From Pseudobdellovibrionaceae bacterium (GTDB taxonomy: Bacteria; Bdellovibrionota; Bdellovibrionia; Bdellovibrionales; UBA1609): 64,000 bases of DNA. Below, piece by piece: positions 18,862-27,928 of the stretch. The notes beneath the pieces are model-generated. The model had not been told where the DNA came from, did not search any database, and saw only the letters and a list, made by a program, of their open reading frames with translations. Each line of letters starts with the position of its first letter. Position 1 is the stretch's first letter. A program made the position numbers and the translations under genes. Where the stretch lies: assembly GCA_020635055.1 (NCBI GenBank), contig JACKAN010000001.1:153266-217265 (forward strand), given 5' to 3'.

Positions 18862-19608
18862 ATGAATTTGATTTCTCTAAATGAAGCCGACTTTTTATCA
18901 TTCAACTGTGTTCGTCTTGAAGATAGACGTTTTGCACATATTAAAAATGTTCTTAAGGTAGAGAAAGGAAAGAAACTAAGGGTGGGCCTCATTGGTGGAA
19001 AAATGGGGTGGGGTCAGGTTCTTAATATAACTTCTCGACAGGTGGAATTGGAAGTGGAACTCAATGAGGTGCCACCTATGCCAGCCTCTGTTGAACTTAT
19101 AATTGCTCTTCCTCGGCCAAAAAGTTTGCCACGTATAGTTCAAAGTTTGACGACATTGGGTATAAAAAGGGTGATTTTTCTGAATACTTGGAAGGTTGAA
19201 AAATGCTATTGGAGTTCGGATTATTTAAATACAAAATCTTTAGATCAAGCCGTTCTTTTGGGTTTGGAACAAGCCGTTGACACGGTACTACCAAAAATAG
19301 AATTTCATCGCTTGTTTAAACCCTTTATTGAGGACCATTTGGATAACTGGTGTTCTTCAAAAGAAAGGATTCTTTGTCATTTGCCAGCGAGAAAAGCTAA
19401 GGACTCTTCGTTTTTTGTTGATCCCAAGACAAACCCAGATTCCTCTTATGCCTTAGCCATCGGTCCAGAGGGTGGTTTTATAGATTATGAAGTGCAAAAA
19501 TTTTTGGATCAGGGTTTTAAACTCTATTCACTAGGACAGAGAGTACTTAAATTGGAAACGGCCATACCGGCTTTGGTTTCCCGATTTACTCAAACTTATA
19601 GGTGCTAA
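18862..19608 (+). CDS. rsmE: 16S rRNA (uracil1498-N3)-methyltransferase RsmE
   Basis: 248 aa with a PUA-like N-terminus and a SPOUT C-terminus carrying the ALAIGPEGGF motif typical of RsmE. Confidence 0.8.
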   Translation: MNLISLNEADFLSFNCVRLEDRRFAHIKNVLKVEKGKKLRVGLIGGKMGWGQVLNITSRQVELEVELNEVPPMPASVELIIALPRPKSLPRIVQSLTTLGIKRVIFLNTWKVEKCYWSSDYLNTKSLDQAVLLGLEQAVDTVLPKIEFHRLFKPFIEDHLDNWCSSKERILCHLPARKAKDSSFFVDPKTNPDSSYALAIGPEGGFIDYEVQKFLDQGFKLYSLGQRVLKLETAIPALVSRFTQTYRC

Positions 19609-19648
19609 TTCTATTGATGAAAAATCAAAATAGAGTTACATTTATGTA

Positions 19649-21319
19649 ATGTCAGAAAAAACTATAGAAGTTTCAAATTTTATTCGCAATATTATCGATT
19701 CCGATCTAAAAGTGGGAAAGAACAATGGCAAAGTGGTTACACGATTTCCGCCAGAACCCAATGGATATTTGCATATAGGTCATGCTAAGTCTATTTGCCT
19801 TAATTTTGGTATTGCTAGAGACTACAAAAGCATTTGCCATTTGCGATTTGATGATACCAACCCTTTGGCAGAAGATGTTGAGTATGTAGATTCCATTCAA
19901 AGTGATATTCAATGGTTGGGCTTTGATTGGGCAGATAAATTGTTTTTTGCTTCGGACTACTTTGACAAGCTTTATAACTTTGCAATTCAGCTTATTAAAA
20001 GTGGTAAGGCCTATGTGGATGAATCGAGTATAGATGAAATACGTCAACGCCGTGGAAGTTTAAGTGTACCCGGAGTGTCCAGCCCTTCAAGAGATAATTC
20101 CATTGAAAAGAACTTAGAACTTTTTGAAAAAATGCGCTCTGGTGAATTTGCCGAAGGTCATTGCGTTTTGCGTGCTAAAATCGATATGGCCTCCTCCAAT
20201 ATGAATTTACGAGATCCTATACTTTATCGTATTAGAAAGGTCGTTCACCATCGCACGGGAAATAAATGGCAAATATATCCTATGTATGATTACACCCATC
20301 CACTTTCTGATATGATTGAGGGCATTACACACTCCATTTGCACTTTAGAATTTGAAGATCATCGTCCACTTTATGATTGGGTACTTGATGAGTTGAAAAC
20401 GCCTTGTCACCCACAACAAATCGAGTTTGCTCGATTAAATTTAGATTATACAGTAATGAGTAAGAGAAAGCTTTTGGAATTAGTTGAAAAAAATCTTGTC
20501 AATGGCTGGGACGATCCGCGCATGCCTACAATCAGTGGAATGCGTCGTCGTGGTTACACACCTCAAGCCATAAGAAACTTTAGCGATCGTATAGGTGTAA
20601 CAAAAAAGAATTCTATTATTTCATTGAGTACTTTAGAGCATGCCGTAAGAGAAGACCTCGATGAAGTCACACCAAGAGCGATGGTTGTGATTCAGCCACT
20701 AAAAGTAGTTATTGAAAATTATCCGGTAGGTGAGGCTGAAGAGCTTCAAGGTTCTGTGCATCCTAAAAAACCAGAGCTTGGTCAACGTCAGATTCCATTT
20801 ACTAGGGAAATATATATTGAACGAGATGATTTTATGGAAAACCCACCCAAGGATTACTTTCGTTTAAGTCCAAATGGGGAAGTTCGTTTACGCTATGGCT
20901 ATGTGATCCACTGTCATGAAGTTATTAAAAATAACCATGGCGAGGTGGTAGAGTTGCGGGCGACATACGACAAGGAGACTAAAGGTGGAAAAACCCCAGA
21001 GGGCAAAAAAAAGGTGAAGGGGATTATACACTGGGTTTCAACCACAAAAAATGTTGAATGTGAAGTAAGGTTGTACGATAGACTTTTTAAAGTTCCAGAC
21101 CCCTTAGCTGATAAGACCATCGATTTTACTGAGAACATAAATGCTGATTCTTTAGTAGTTTTAAAAAAGGCATATGCTGAACCCAGCCTAAAAAATGTTA
21201 AAGCTGAAGAACGTTTTCAATTTGAAAGATTGGGATTTTTTTGTGCAGACAAAATTGATTGTAAGGATGGCAATCTTGTTTTTAATAGAACGGTAACCTT
21301 AAGGGACACATGGAAATAA
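19649..21319 (+). CDS. glnS: Glutaminyl-tRNA synthetase
   Basis: 556 aa with HIGH ([12 protein letters not shown]) and KMSKS (VMSKRK) motifs and the GlnRS-type C-terminal anticodon-binding region. Confidence 0.95.
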   Translation: MSEKTIEVSNFIRNIIDSDLKVGKNNGKVVTRFPPEPNGYLHIGHAKSICLNFGIARDYKSICHLRFDDTNPLAEDVEYVDSIQSDIQWLGFDWADKLFFASDYFDKLYNFAIQLIKSGKAYVDESSIDEIRQRRGSLSVPGVSSPSRDNSIEKNLELFEKMRSGEFAEGHCVLRAKIDMASSNMNLRDPILYRIRKVVHHRTGNKWQIYPMYDYTHPLSDMIEGITHSICTLEFEDHRPLYDWVLDELKTPCHPQQIEFARLNLDYTVMSKRKLLELVEKNLVNGWDDPRMPTISGMRRRGYTPQAIRNFSDRIGVTKKNSIISLSTLEHAVREDLDEVTPRAMVVIQPLKVVIENYPVGEAEELQGSVHPKKPELGQRQIPFTREIYIERDDFMENPPKDYFRLSPNGEVRLRYGYVIHCHEVIKNNHGEVVELRATYDKETKGGKTPEGKKKVKGIIHWVSTTKNVECEVRLYDRLFKVPDPLADKTIDFTENINADSLVVLKKAYAEPSLKNVKAEERFQFERLGFFCADKIDCKDGNLVFNRTVTLRDTWK

Positions 21320-21738
21320 GAAGACTATTTTGGTCCTTTTTAATTTTAATTTGCATCTATATTTCGGGCAGTTTATCTTTTGCCTCTGAGAATATATTGA
21401 GTTTGAAATTAAAGTCCACACCTCCAGCTGACGAGAGCTATAGTCAAAGGTTTATTAAAAGCTACCAGCAGTGTGAGGAAGTATTTATAGCTAATAAAAA
21501 AGCTAATAAAAAATTAGTTCAAAATTATTTCAGCACTCCGCAAAATATTGATATTATTATTAATGTAAAAAAATCGGGTGTCATAGCGAATGTAAATATC
21601 CCCTTAAACACAAATAGTGATTTTCAATATAAAAAGTGGATGGCATGTCTTACTAAAAAAACATTTCAGTTTCAATTTCCAACACTTCCTAAAAATATAC
21701 GATATCATTTGGTTTTAGAGGCTAAAATCAATCATTAG
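21310..21738 (+). CDS. Hypothetical secreted protein
   Basis: 142 aa with a signal peptide (SLSFA|SE). The start overlaps the glnS stop by 10 nt. I recognise no family. Confidence 0.45.
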   Translation: MEIRRLFWSFLILICIYISGSLSFASENILSLKLKSTPPADESYSQRFIKSYQQCEEVFIANKKANKKLVQNYFSTPQNIDIIINVKKSGVIANVNIPLNTNSDFQYKKWMACLTKKTFQFQFPTLPKNIRYHLVLEAKINH

Positions 21739-22240
21739 AACTTTCAAAAGTTCGTAGTAATTTGTTTTTTTTAAAATTAGGACCATGAAACAAATGTCCA
21801 TGAAAGGATAAATAATATCCAGGCGCAACTACCTGACTAGCATAAAGAGCTTCCGTAAAATTTTGAAGCGCATCACTATCATCAAAACCTGCGGGTTTCA
21901 TAGCACCAGTAAAAACAACGGGTATGGAAGGCTTTGCCAATTGATTATAGCAGTAGAGTAAAGTTTTATCTAAGGTATCGGTACCATGCAATACTACGAT
22001 ACCATCACATTGACCTAAGGATTCTTTAATACTTTGAAAAATAATTTCTCGATCCTCGTCGGTCATATGTAAAGAGTCTTTTGCCATCAATGTTTTTACT
22101 TTAACTTCGGTGTATGGAATTCGCAATTTCTCTATGAGTTTTCTTTGTAGCAGACTTTCACGATTTTCCAATGATCCTTCATCTTCTGAATAAGACTTTT
22201 CTATAGTGCCGCCAGTAGTAAGTATCCAAATATTTTTCAT
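21728..22240 (-). CDS. Asparaginase-family N-terminal-domain protein
   Basis: 170 aa. ILTTGGTIEK (the TGGTI threonine motif) and VVLHGTDTL are characteristic of the L-asparaginase/GatD N-terminal domain. Confidence 0.7.
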   Translation of the reverse strand: MKNIWILTTGGTIEKSYSEDEGSLENRESLLQRKLIEKLRIPYTEVKVKTLMAKDSLHMTDEDREIIFQSIKESLGQCDGIVVLHGTDTLDKTLLYCYNQLAKPSIPVVFTGAMKPAGFDDSDALQNFTEALYASQVVAPGYYLSFHGHLFHGPNFKKNKLLRTFESSND

Positions 22241-22441
22241 TTCCCTTGTTTATAACTCTTGCATTAAAAAGTCCATATAAGGGCTAATGTTTTATATTGA
22301 GACGTAAAAACATGTCTAGTTTCTGATACTTGTATTTATATAGGCATATCAAGTTGGGAAAAACTGCCTCAACTAAAAATAATAGCTCTTTGGGGTGGCA
22401 GGTCATTTGCTCTGTATATTTGGTATAACAAAGGGGAGATT

Positions 22442-22750
22442 ATGAAAAGGGGACTGTTAATTTTTAGTTTTAGTTTTTTACTTGTTAGCGTTTCTGCCAG
22501 TACTGTAAGTGCTAAAAACCTACCACAAAAATTACCAGTAAAAAGAGGCCCCGCATCTTTTACACAAGGGTTCAAAATTCTTAGTAAAAAATGCCAATTT
22601 CACGCAGAACCCAAAAGAACTAGTAAAGAGGTTTTTCAAGTAGAAGCGGGTAGAAAAATATGGTTTACAGCTGTTGATTCTCAATGGTTGATTGCAAAAA
22701 CAAAAAATGAAGCACTTAAGGTTTATCTACCTTCTTCATGTGTAAATTAA
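22442..22750 (+). CDS. Small secreted protein, possibly SH3b-like
   Basis: 102 aa with a signal peptide (VSA|KN). The C-terminal approximately 60 aa have a beta-rich SH3-like pattern. GGGGAG precedes the ATG. Confidence 0.45.
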   Translation: MKRGLLIFSFSFLLVSVSASTVSAKNLPQKLPVKRGPASFTQGFKILSKKCQFHAEPKRTSKEVFQVEAGRKIWFTAVDSQWLIAKTKNEALKVYLPSSCVN

Positions 22751-22812
22751 TAGAATTAGGATGACCCAGCGCGAATAGACAGGAGCTTAGGATAGTTAAA
22801 TATTAACCCTCA

Positions 22813-24081
22813 ATGTCGATAAAAGCAAAAAAACCCAGAGGCTTAACGGCTAAAATACTAATGGCAATGGCCTTAGGCTTATCTGTGGGAGTTGTTTTTA
22901 ATCAATTAAATACTTTGAGCTGGGTTCAAGATTATATTCTGAATGGGCTTCTCTATGTGGGTGGTCAGATTTTTATTTCCAGTTTAAAACTTATGGTTGT
23001 ACCCTTAGTTTTTGTTTCTTTAGTTTGCGGTACGGCTTCTTTAGATGACATTTCAAAACTGGGTCGCGTGGGGGGTAAAACCTTAGCTATTTATTTGGCG
23101 ACGACAGCCATTGCTATAAGTTTAGCTCTTATTGTTGCCGCTATAATTCAACCTGGATCTGGATTTAATTTAACTGCAGAGGCTACTTTTCAAGCTAAAG
23201 AGGCTCCGCCATTGGTGGAAACCTTCCTTGATATTTTTCCATCTAACCCATTTCAAGCTCTGGCCGAAGCTAAGATGTTACAAATTATAGTCTTTGCTGG
23301 TTTTTTTGGTATAGCTCTCGCGTTTAGTGGTGCTCATGGAAAACGTGTTCTTAATATTTTTAATGATCTCAATGAAGTCATCATGAAAATGGTTATGTTA
23401 ATTATGCATATTGCTCCCTATGGTGTTTTTTGTTTAATAGCCAAAGTCTTTGCCGAACAGGGGATATTAGCAATTTTACCTTTGGGTAAATACTTTTTTG
23501 TTGTCTTGTTGGTTCTCGTAGTTCATGTGGTTTTAACCTATGGTGGTTTAATTAAATATATGGCCCGTTTAAGTCCTATGGAATTTCTTAGAAACTTTAA
23601 AGATGTTCCTATATTTGCTTTTAGCACTGCAAGCAGTGGAGCCACACTTCCAGTAACTTTGGAAGCCGTAGAGCACAAATTAGGGGTAGATAATAGCATA
23701 GCCTCCTTTACGATCCCCCTAGGTGCAACCATCAATATGGATGGAACGGCAATTATGCAAGGAGTGGCAACCCTGTTTATTGCTCAAGCCTATGGTCAAG
23801 ATTTAAGTTTAATGAGTATGTTGACGGTAGTAGTTACAGCCACTCTTGCTTCAGTAGGAACAGCAGCTGTTCCAGGGGTGGGTTTAATAACTTTAGCAAT
23901 GGTATTGCGCCAGGTAAATTTACCCGTAGAAGGCATTGGATTGATCATTGGTGTTGATCGCTTGTTAGATATGGCAAGAACAGCGGTGAACGTTACTGGA
24001 GATGCGGCAGTAACTCTATATGTTGCTAAATCTGAAGGTTATTTCAATCAAAAAATCTTTGATGGCGACCAATCTACATAA
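22813..24081 (+). CDS. Dicarboxylate/amino acid:cation symporter (DAACS, GltP/GltT-like)
   Basis: 422 aa, polytopic, with family motifs FSTASSGATLPVT and GATINMDGTAIMQG. Confidence 0.9.
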   Translation: MSIKAKKPRGLTAKILMAMALGLSVGVVFNQLNTLSWVQDYILNGLLYVGGQIFISSLKLMVVPLVFVSLVCGTASLDDISKLGRVGGKTLAIYLATTAIAISLALIVAAIIQPGSGFNLTAEATFQAKEAPPLVETFLDIFPSNPFQALAEAKMLQIIVFAGFFGIALAFSGAHGKRVLNIFNDLNEVIMKMVMLIMHIAPYGVFCLIAKVFAEQGILAILPLGKYFFVVLLVLVVHVVLTYGGLIKYMARLSPMEFLRNFKDVPIFAFSTASSGATLPVTLEAVEHKLGVDNSIASFTIPLGATINMDGTAIMQGVATLFIAQAYGQDLSLMSMLTVVVTATLASVGTAAVPGVGLITLAMVLRQVNLPVEGIGLIIGVDRLLDMARTAVNVTGDAAVTLYVAKSEGYFNQKIFDGDQST

Positions 24082-24382
24082 AAAAGAGGCCGGCGCCCTT
24101 TTAGGTGGGATAGAGATGGGAAGAATAGATAGGATAAAGATAGGATACTGTGAACTTTGATCAGCGCCGGGCTAACCCCCCCTGCAAGTTCCCCCCTCGT
24201 ACAAGATAAATATCTCATTTTTATTGACCTAAGGCGAGCAAAGTCGTAGACAGCTGCGGCGTTAAGTTGTCAAAAAGATTGGGTTTTTTGACAGTTCCCA
24301 TTCTCTTTTGTCAAGAACTCTGAAATACTTATTAAATTTGAAAGCAGCTTTTTTTATCGATATGTATAAGGTAAAAATAAAT

Positions 24383-25144
24383 ATGAGAATTCATTTTCTA
24401 AATATTCTTAATAGCACATTAATCATTTTAGTTTTTATTTTGTACTCCTTAACTTCTTATTCAGCAGAAATTTCGGTCGTAAAAGGAAAAAAAGCAATGA
24501 TTGTAAAAGCTCAAGGCGTAGAGCAAGGACTCACTTACAATGTGTTGGATAAAAATGATCGAATTAAGGGGCTTGTAAAAATATTGAAAATTAAAAAAGA
24601 TAAAGCCCTGGGTCAAATTGTAAAAGGAAGTATAAAGAAGGGATTTCGTTTAGAATTGGATAATTCTTTTTCTGATTTCAAAGACGATTTTAAAGAAGAT
24701 AACCGAAATTCTTTTTTTATTGGTAAAACCATTCGTAGTTATTTGGGTTTAGCAATGAGTTCGGATTTGCCAACTTCACCAATGCTTTATGGTGCGGATT
24801 ATCTTTATCCCTTTGAAAAAGTCATTACATTAAGAGCCGGAGCCATGTATTGGGCATTGAGTAATAATAATATAAGTTACAGCTTAATAGAAATTAGCGG
24901 AGGACCATTTTATAGCCACAATTTAACTCCAAAGTGGGAGCTCGAAGTGGGAGTTAGAATAGGCTTTAGTAAGTATTCTTTTTCCAGTTCAGGAACTTCC
25001 ATTACTATTATAAGCAGTGGTGCAGGGATGTATAATATCAATAAAAAAATGCAAGTTGGCGGTGAGTTTCGGTATCCTTATTTTTTATCCGATGTCGATT
25101 TTAAAGGATTTTATTTAATGGGAGTGTTTTCCTACAAACTGTGA
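24383..25144 (+). CDS. Hypothetical exported protein, possible small outer-membrane beta-barrel
   Basis: Start trimmed to MRIHFLN... (signal peptide ending YSA|EI). The C-terminal half has alternating hydrophobic beta-strand patterns and an aromatic-rich end (GVFSYKL). Confidence 0.45.
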   Translation: MRIHFLNILNSTLIILVFILYSLTSYSAEISVVKGKKAMIVKAQGVEQGLTYNVLDKNDRIKGLVKILKIKKDKALGQIVKGSIKKGFRLELDNSFSDFKDDFKEDNRNSFFIGKTIRSYLGLAMSSDLPTSPMLYGADYLYPFEKVITLRAGAMYWALSNNNISYSLIEISGGPFYSHNLTPKWELEVGVRIGFSKYSFSSSGTSITIISSGAGMYNINKKMQVGGEFRYPYFLSDVDFKGFYLMGVFSYKL

Positions 25145-26448
25145 TTTTTAACAAGGCGTAAACCCACAACATTGGATCGACTTTCTGGGCACGCATTAAT
25201 ATGATTTGTGCTACGAAAACTTTCTAAGTTACAGTTAAACCCACCCCCACGGATTGCTCGATGTTGTCCATTAATTGTGCCAATGGGATTTTCTTTGTCA
25301 TGATTTTTACTGGAATTCCAATTCCAATGCCATTGCCAATCTGAACCCCACTCCCAAACATTTCCATACAGTTCAAAAAAGGCATTTTTGTCAATATATA
25401 ATGGGTTCAATTGGGCTACGGGATGAGTCTTGTTTTCAGCATTGTCTGAATACCAAGCATACTGCCTAAAATTCATTTCAGAGTCATTTTGTTTGTTCTT
25501 TTGTTTAGTAGGACTAGCTAGACTTAGCATGTACTCCTGTTCTGCATCTGTAGGAAGCCTATAGCCTTCAGTAAGGTAAATATCTTCATTCACAGCATTT
25601 ATTTTTATTTCACCACTCTCTATATCCAAAGTCCCATCTTCAGCACGGGTACCTTCCCTCCATTTAATTTCACTGACATCATAAACGGGTTTAAGACCAA
25701 GTTCTTCGGATAATTTGTTGGCAAAAATAATTGCCGACCACCAAGTTATATTTTCAATTGGGTTATCCGGCTGTAATCGGATCTGTTTTCCATTATGAAT
25801 GATTACAATCGAATATTCACCATTCTTGTAAGCAGCTGGATTTTCTCCCATAATATCCACCCAATGTTTTTGCGTTACAACTGTCGACATGGCATCAAAT
25901 GATTGTTTAAACCTAACAATCATTTGATGTTCACCACGACCCATTAGAAACTGACCTTTAGGTATAGGGTAGAATTCTATTTTTTGATAAATGGATTGGG
26001 TTTCTATCCGGATTTCTTCACGTTGAATTTGAGTTTGTTTCATTTCTTTAACTTTACTTCGGGCATAGTTAAACAGTGTATCTATATTAAGGTCATTGTA
26101 TTGTAAATGCTCTTGGATCCCCTCCCAATGTATTAAAGCATCTATGTCTATCCAAGTCCTTTCTTTGTTAATGGGATTTGTAACCTTGCCTTCGCTTAAA
26201 CCATGGATAAAATTGTTTAGCTCAGATTCACCAATGATTTGTTTTTCTAATAGTGCTCCAAGATAGGCTATCAATTTTGACGTTCTATTTTTTTTTGTTT
26301 CTTTTATTGGTGTCGAGTAGTCTCTTGAAAAAGTCGAAAGTGCATTGGTGCAATTGCGATCCGCAAAAGAATGGCTCATGGATATGTTAATAATTAAGAA
26401 AACAAATGTTTTTATAAAAAAATTTAAATTGTTCAATCCACCCACCAC
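25132..26448 (-). CDS. Exported FGE-sulfatase (SUMF1/PvdO)-fold protein, paralog 2, lacking FGE catalytic cysteines
   Basis: 438 aa. YRLPTDAEQEYM, HPV...LNP, YGNVWEWGSDW and RGGGF are hallmarks of the FGE-sulfatase fold. It begins with a signal-like segment, and the GTG start is uncertain. Confidence 0.75.
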   Translation of the reverse strand: MVGGLNNLNFFIKTFVFLIINISMSHSFADRNCTNALSTFSRDYSTPIKETKKNRTSKLIAYLGALLEKQIIGESELNNFIHGLSEGKVTNPINKERTWIDIDALIHWEGIQEHLQYNDLNIDTLFNYARSKVKEMKQTQIQREEIRIETQSIYQKIEFYPIPKGQFLMGRGEHQMIVRFKQSFDAMSTVVTQKHWVDIMGENPAAYKNGEYSIVIIHNGKQIRLQPDNPIENITWWSAIIFANKLSEELGLKPVYDVSEIKWREGTRAEDGTLDIESGEIKINAVNEDIYLTEGYRLPTDAEQEYMLSLASPTKQKNKQNDSEMNFRQYAWYSDNAENKTHPVAQLNPLYIDKNAFFELYGNVWEWGSDWQWHWNWNSSKNHDKENPIGTINGQHRAIRGGGFNCNLESFRSTNHINACPESRSNVVGLRLVKNHSL

Positions 26449-26542
26449 AATTCTTACAGCAACTGGTATTTATTGCTGTAAATGCTCCTACCCAAAGTCA
26501 CAGTGAGGTTTTTTGTGTAATCCCATGGAAGCCCCAATGTGA

Positions 26543-26563
26543 CGAAAATGGCTTTGTAAGCCA
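26543..26563 (-). terminator. Rho-independent terminator-like hairpin between the two FGE-fold paralogs
   Basis: The minus strand reads ATGGCTT-aca-AAGCCAT followed by TTTT(C). It lies about 75 nt downstream of the stop of the 26639-27928 gene. Confidence 0.5.
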
Positions 26564-26638
26564 TAACAATGTTTTTTAAATTTTACAATTTTACTTTTTT
26601 TCTTTGCAATATTTGCTAACTAAAAATGCAATATGGAT

Positions 26639-27928
26639 TTAATTGAGTGTTCGCACTGGGCGGAAGCCAATAAAGAGACAGCGCAAGCCAGATTCTTGAC
26701 CGTAAATAGTTCCAAACAGTTCGGGAAACTCTTTAAAGTAAGCTCCGCCATCAATTTTGTGATAGGTGCTTTTCATTTTAGAGAAAAGCTTCTTTTCAGC
26801 CTTACTATGAATTTCATCCCCATCCCAAACCCATTCCCTTACATTACCTAAGGTATCATAAAACCCATTACCATTTATTATCATAGGGTTTAATTGGGCA
26901 ACGGGATGAGTTCTTTTTCCTGAGTTCTCTCGATACCAAGCATGGTTTTCAAGTTCGTCTTCATCGTTTCCAAAATAGTATTTGCATTCGGAGGAGCCGG
27001 CAGCTTGTAACATGTATTCTTGTTCTGCCAATGTTGGCAGTCTATATCCTTCGCTTAAGTAGTAATCTCCATTGGGTGCATTTATTTTTATTTCCCCACT
27101 TTCAAGGTCTAAGCTGCCGTCTTCAGCTGCTGTACCTGATTTCCATTCAATTCCACTTAAATCAAATGTTGGCTTTAACCCCTGTTTTTCAGACAAACGA
27201 TTTAAAAAGACAATTGCCGACCACACAGTGATATTCTCTGCCGGATTTTCTGGCTGCATAGTGATCGGACGTCCATGGATATCCACTGCAATTGAGTGTT
27301 CTCCTTTTTTAAACATAGATGGATTTTCACCCATAATCTCCACCCAATTTTTTTGCATTACAGGTGTGGACATAGCTTCAAAGGATTGAATTGGGAGAAC
27401 TACAGCTTTTTTCTTTTTCTTAACAATTTTTAAGTTTCCACTGGGAATTGGGAAAAACTCCATTTTTTGTGCTATGTCTTTTGTTTCTTCACTAGCTTCT
27501 TCGCGCTGTTCTGTGATCCTTTGCTTTTCGGCAAGGCTTTTTTTAGCAAACTCTAAGAGTGAAGTTTTATCCAGTTCAGTATGGTTTAAATAATTTTGAA
27601 TTTCTTCCCAGTGTATTAAGGCATCTATGCTGATCCAAGTTTTTTCTTTTTGAATAGGATTATTTAATTCACCTCTTTCCAAATCATCTATAAATATAAG
27701 TAATTCTGTACTTCCAATAATTTGATGTTCCAAAAGGGTGCCTAAATAAGCCTTCAAAGCCTCCGTTCTATTATTTCTATTTTTATGAGTTGAACTTAAG
27801 GCTTTGCTGCAATTAGTTTCAAGCATTTTGGAATTGGCGAAAATAAATGTTGGATTTAAACAGTTGATAAAGATGAACGCAAATAAAAATGCAATAGATT
27901 TTAAGAACAAAAAAAATCTGTTTGTCAT
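26639..27928 (-). CDS. Exported FGE-sulfatase (SUMF1/PvdO)-fold protein, paralog 1, lacking FGE catalytic cysteines
   Basis: 429 aa with YRLPTLAEQEYM, HPVAQLNP and LGNVREWVWDG, plus a signal peptide (FIFA|NS). The start overlaps the stop of the 1197-aa gene by 4 nt. Confidence 0.75.
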   Translation of the reverse strand: MTNRFFLFLKSIAFLFAFIFINCLNPTFIFANSKMLETNCSKALSSTHKNRNNRTEALKAYLGTLLEHQIIGSTELLIFIDDLERGELNNPIQKEKTWISIDALIHWEEIQNYLNHTELDKTSLLEFAKKSLAEKQRITEQREEASEETKDIAQKMEFFPIPSGNLKIVKKKKKAVVLPIQSFEAMSTPVMQKNWVEIMGENPSMFKKGEHSIAVDIHGRPITMQPENPAENITVWSAIVFLNRLSEKQGLKPTFDLSGIEWKSGTAAEDGSLDLESGEIKINAPNGDYYLSEGYRLPTLAEQEYMLQAAGSSECKYYFGNDEDELENHAWYRENSGKRTHPVAQLNPMIINGNGFYDTLGNVREWVWDGDEIHSKAEKKLFSKMKSTYHKIDGGAYFKEFPELFGTIYGQESGLRCLFIGFRPVRTLN

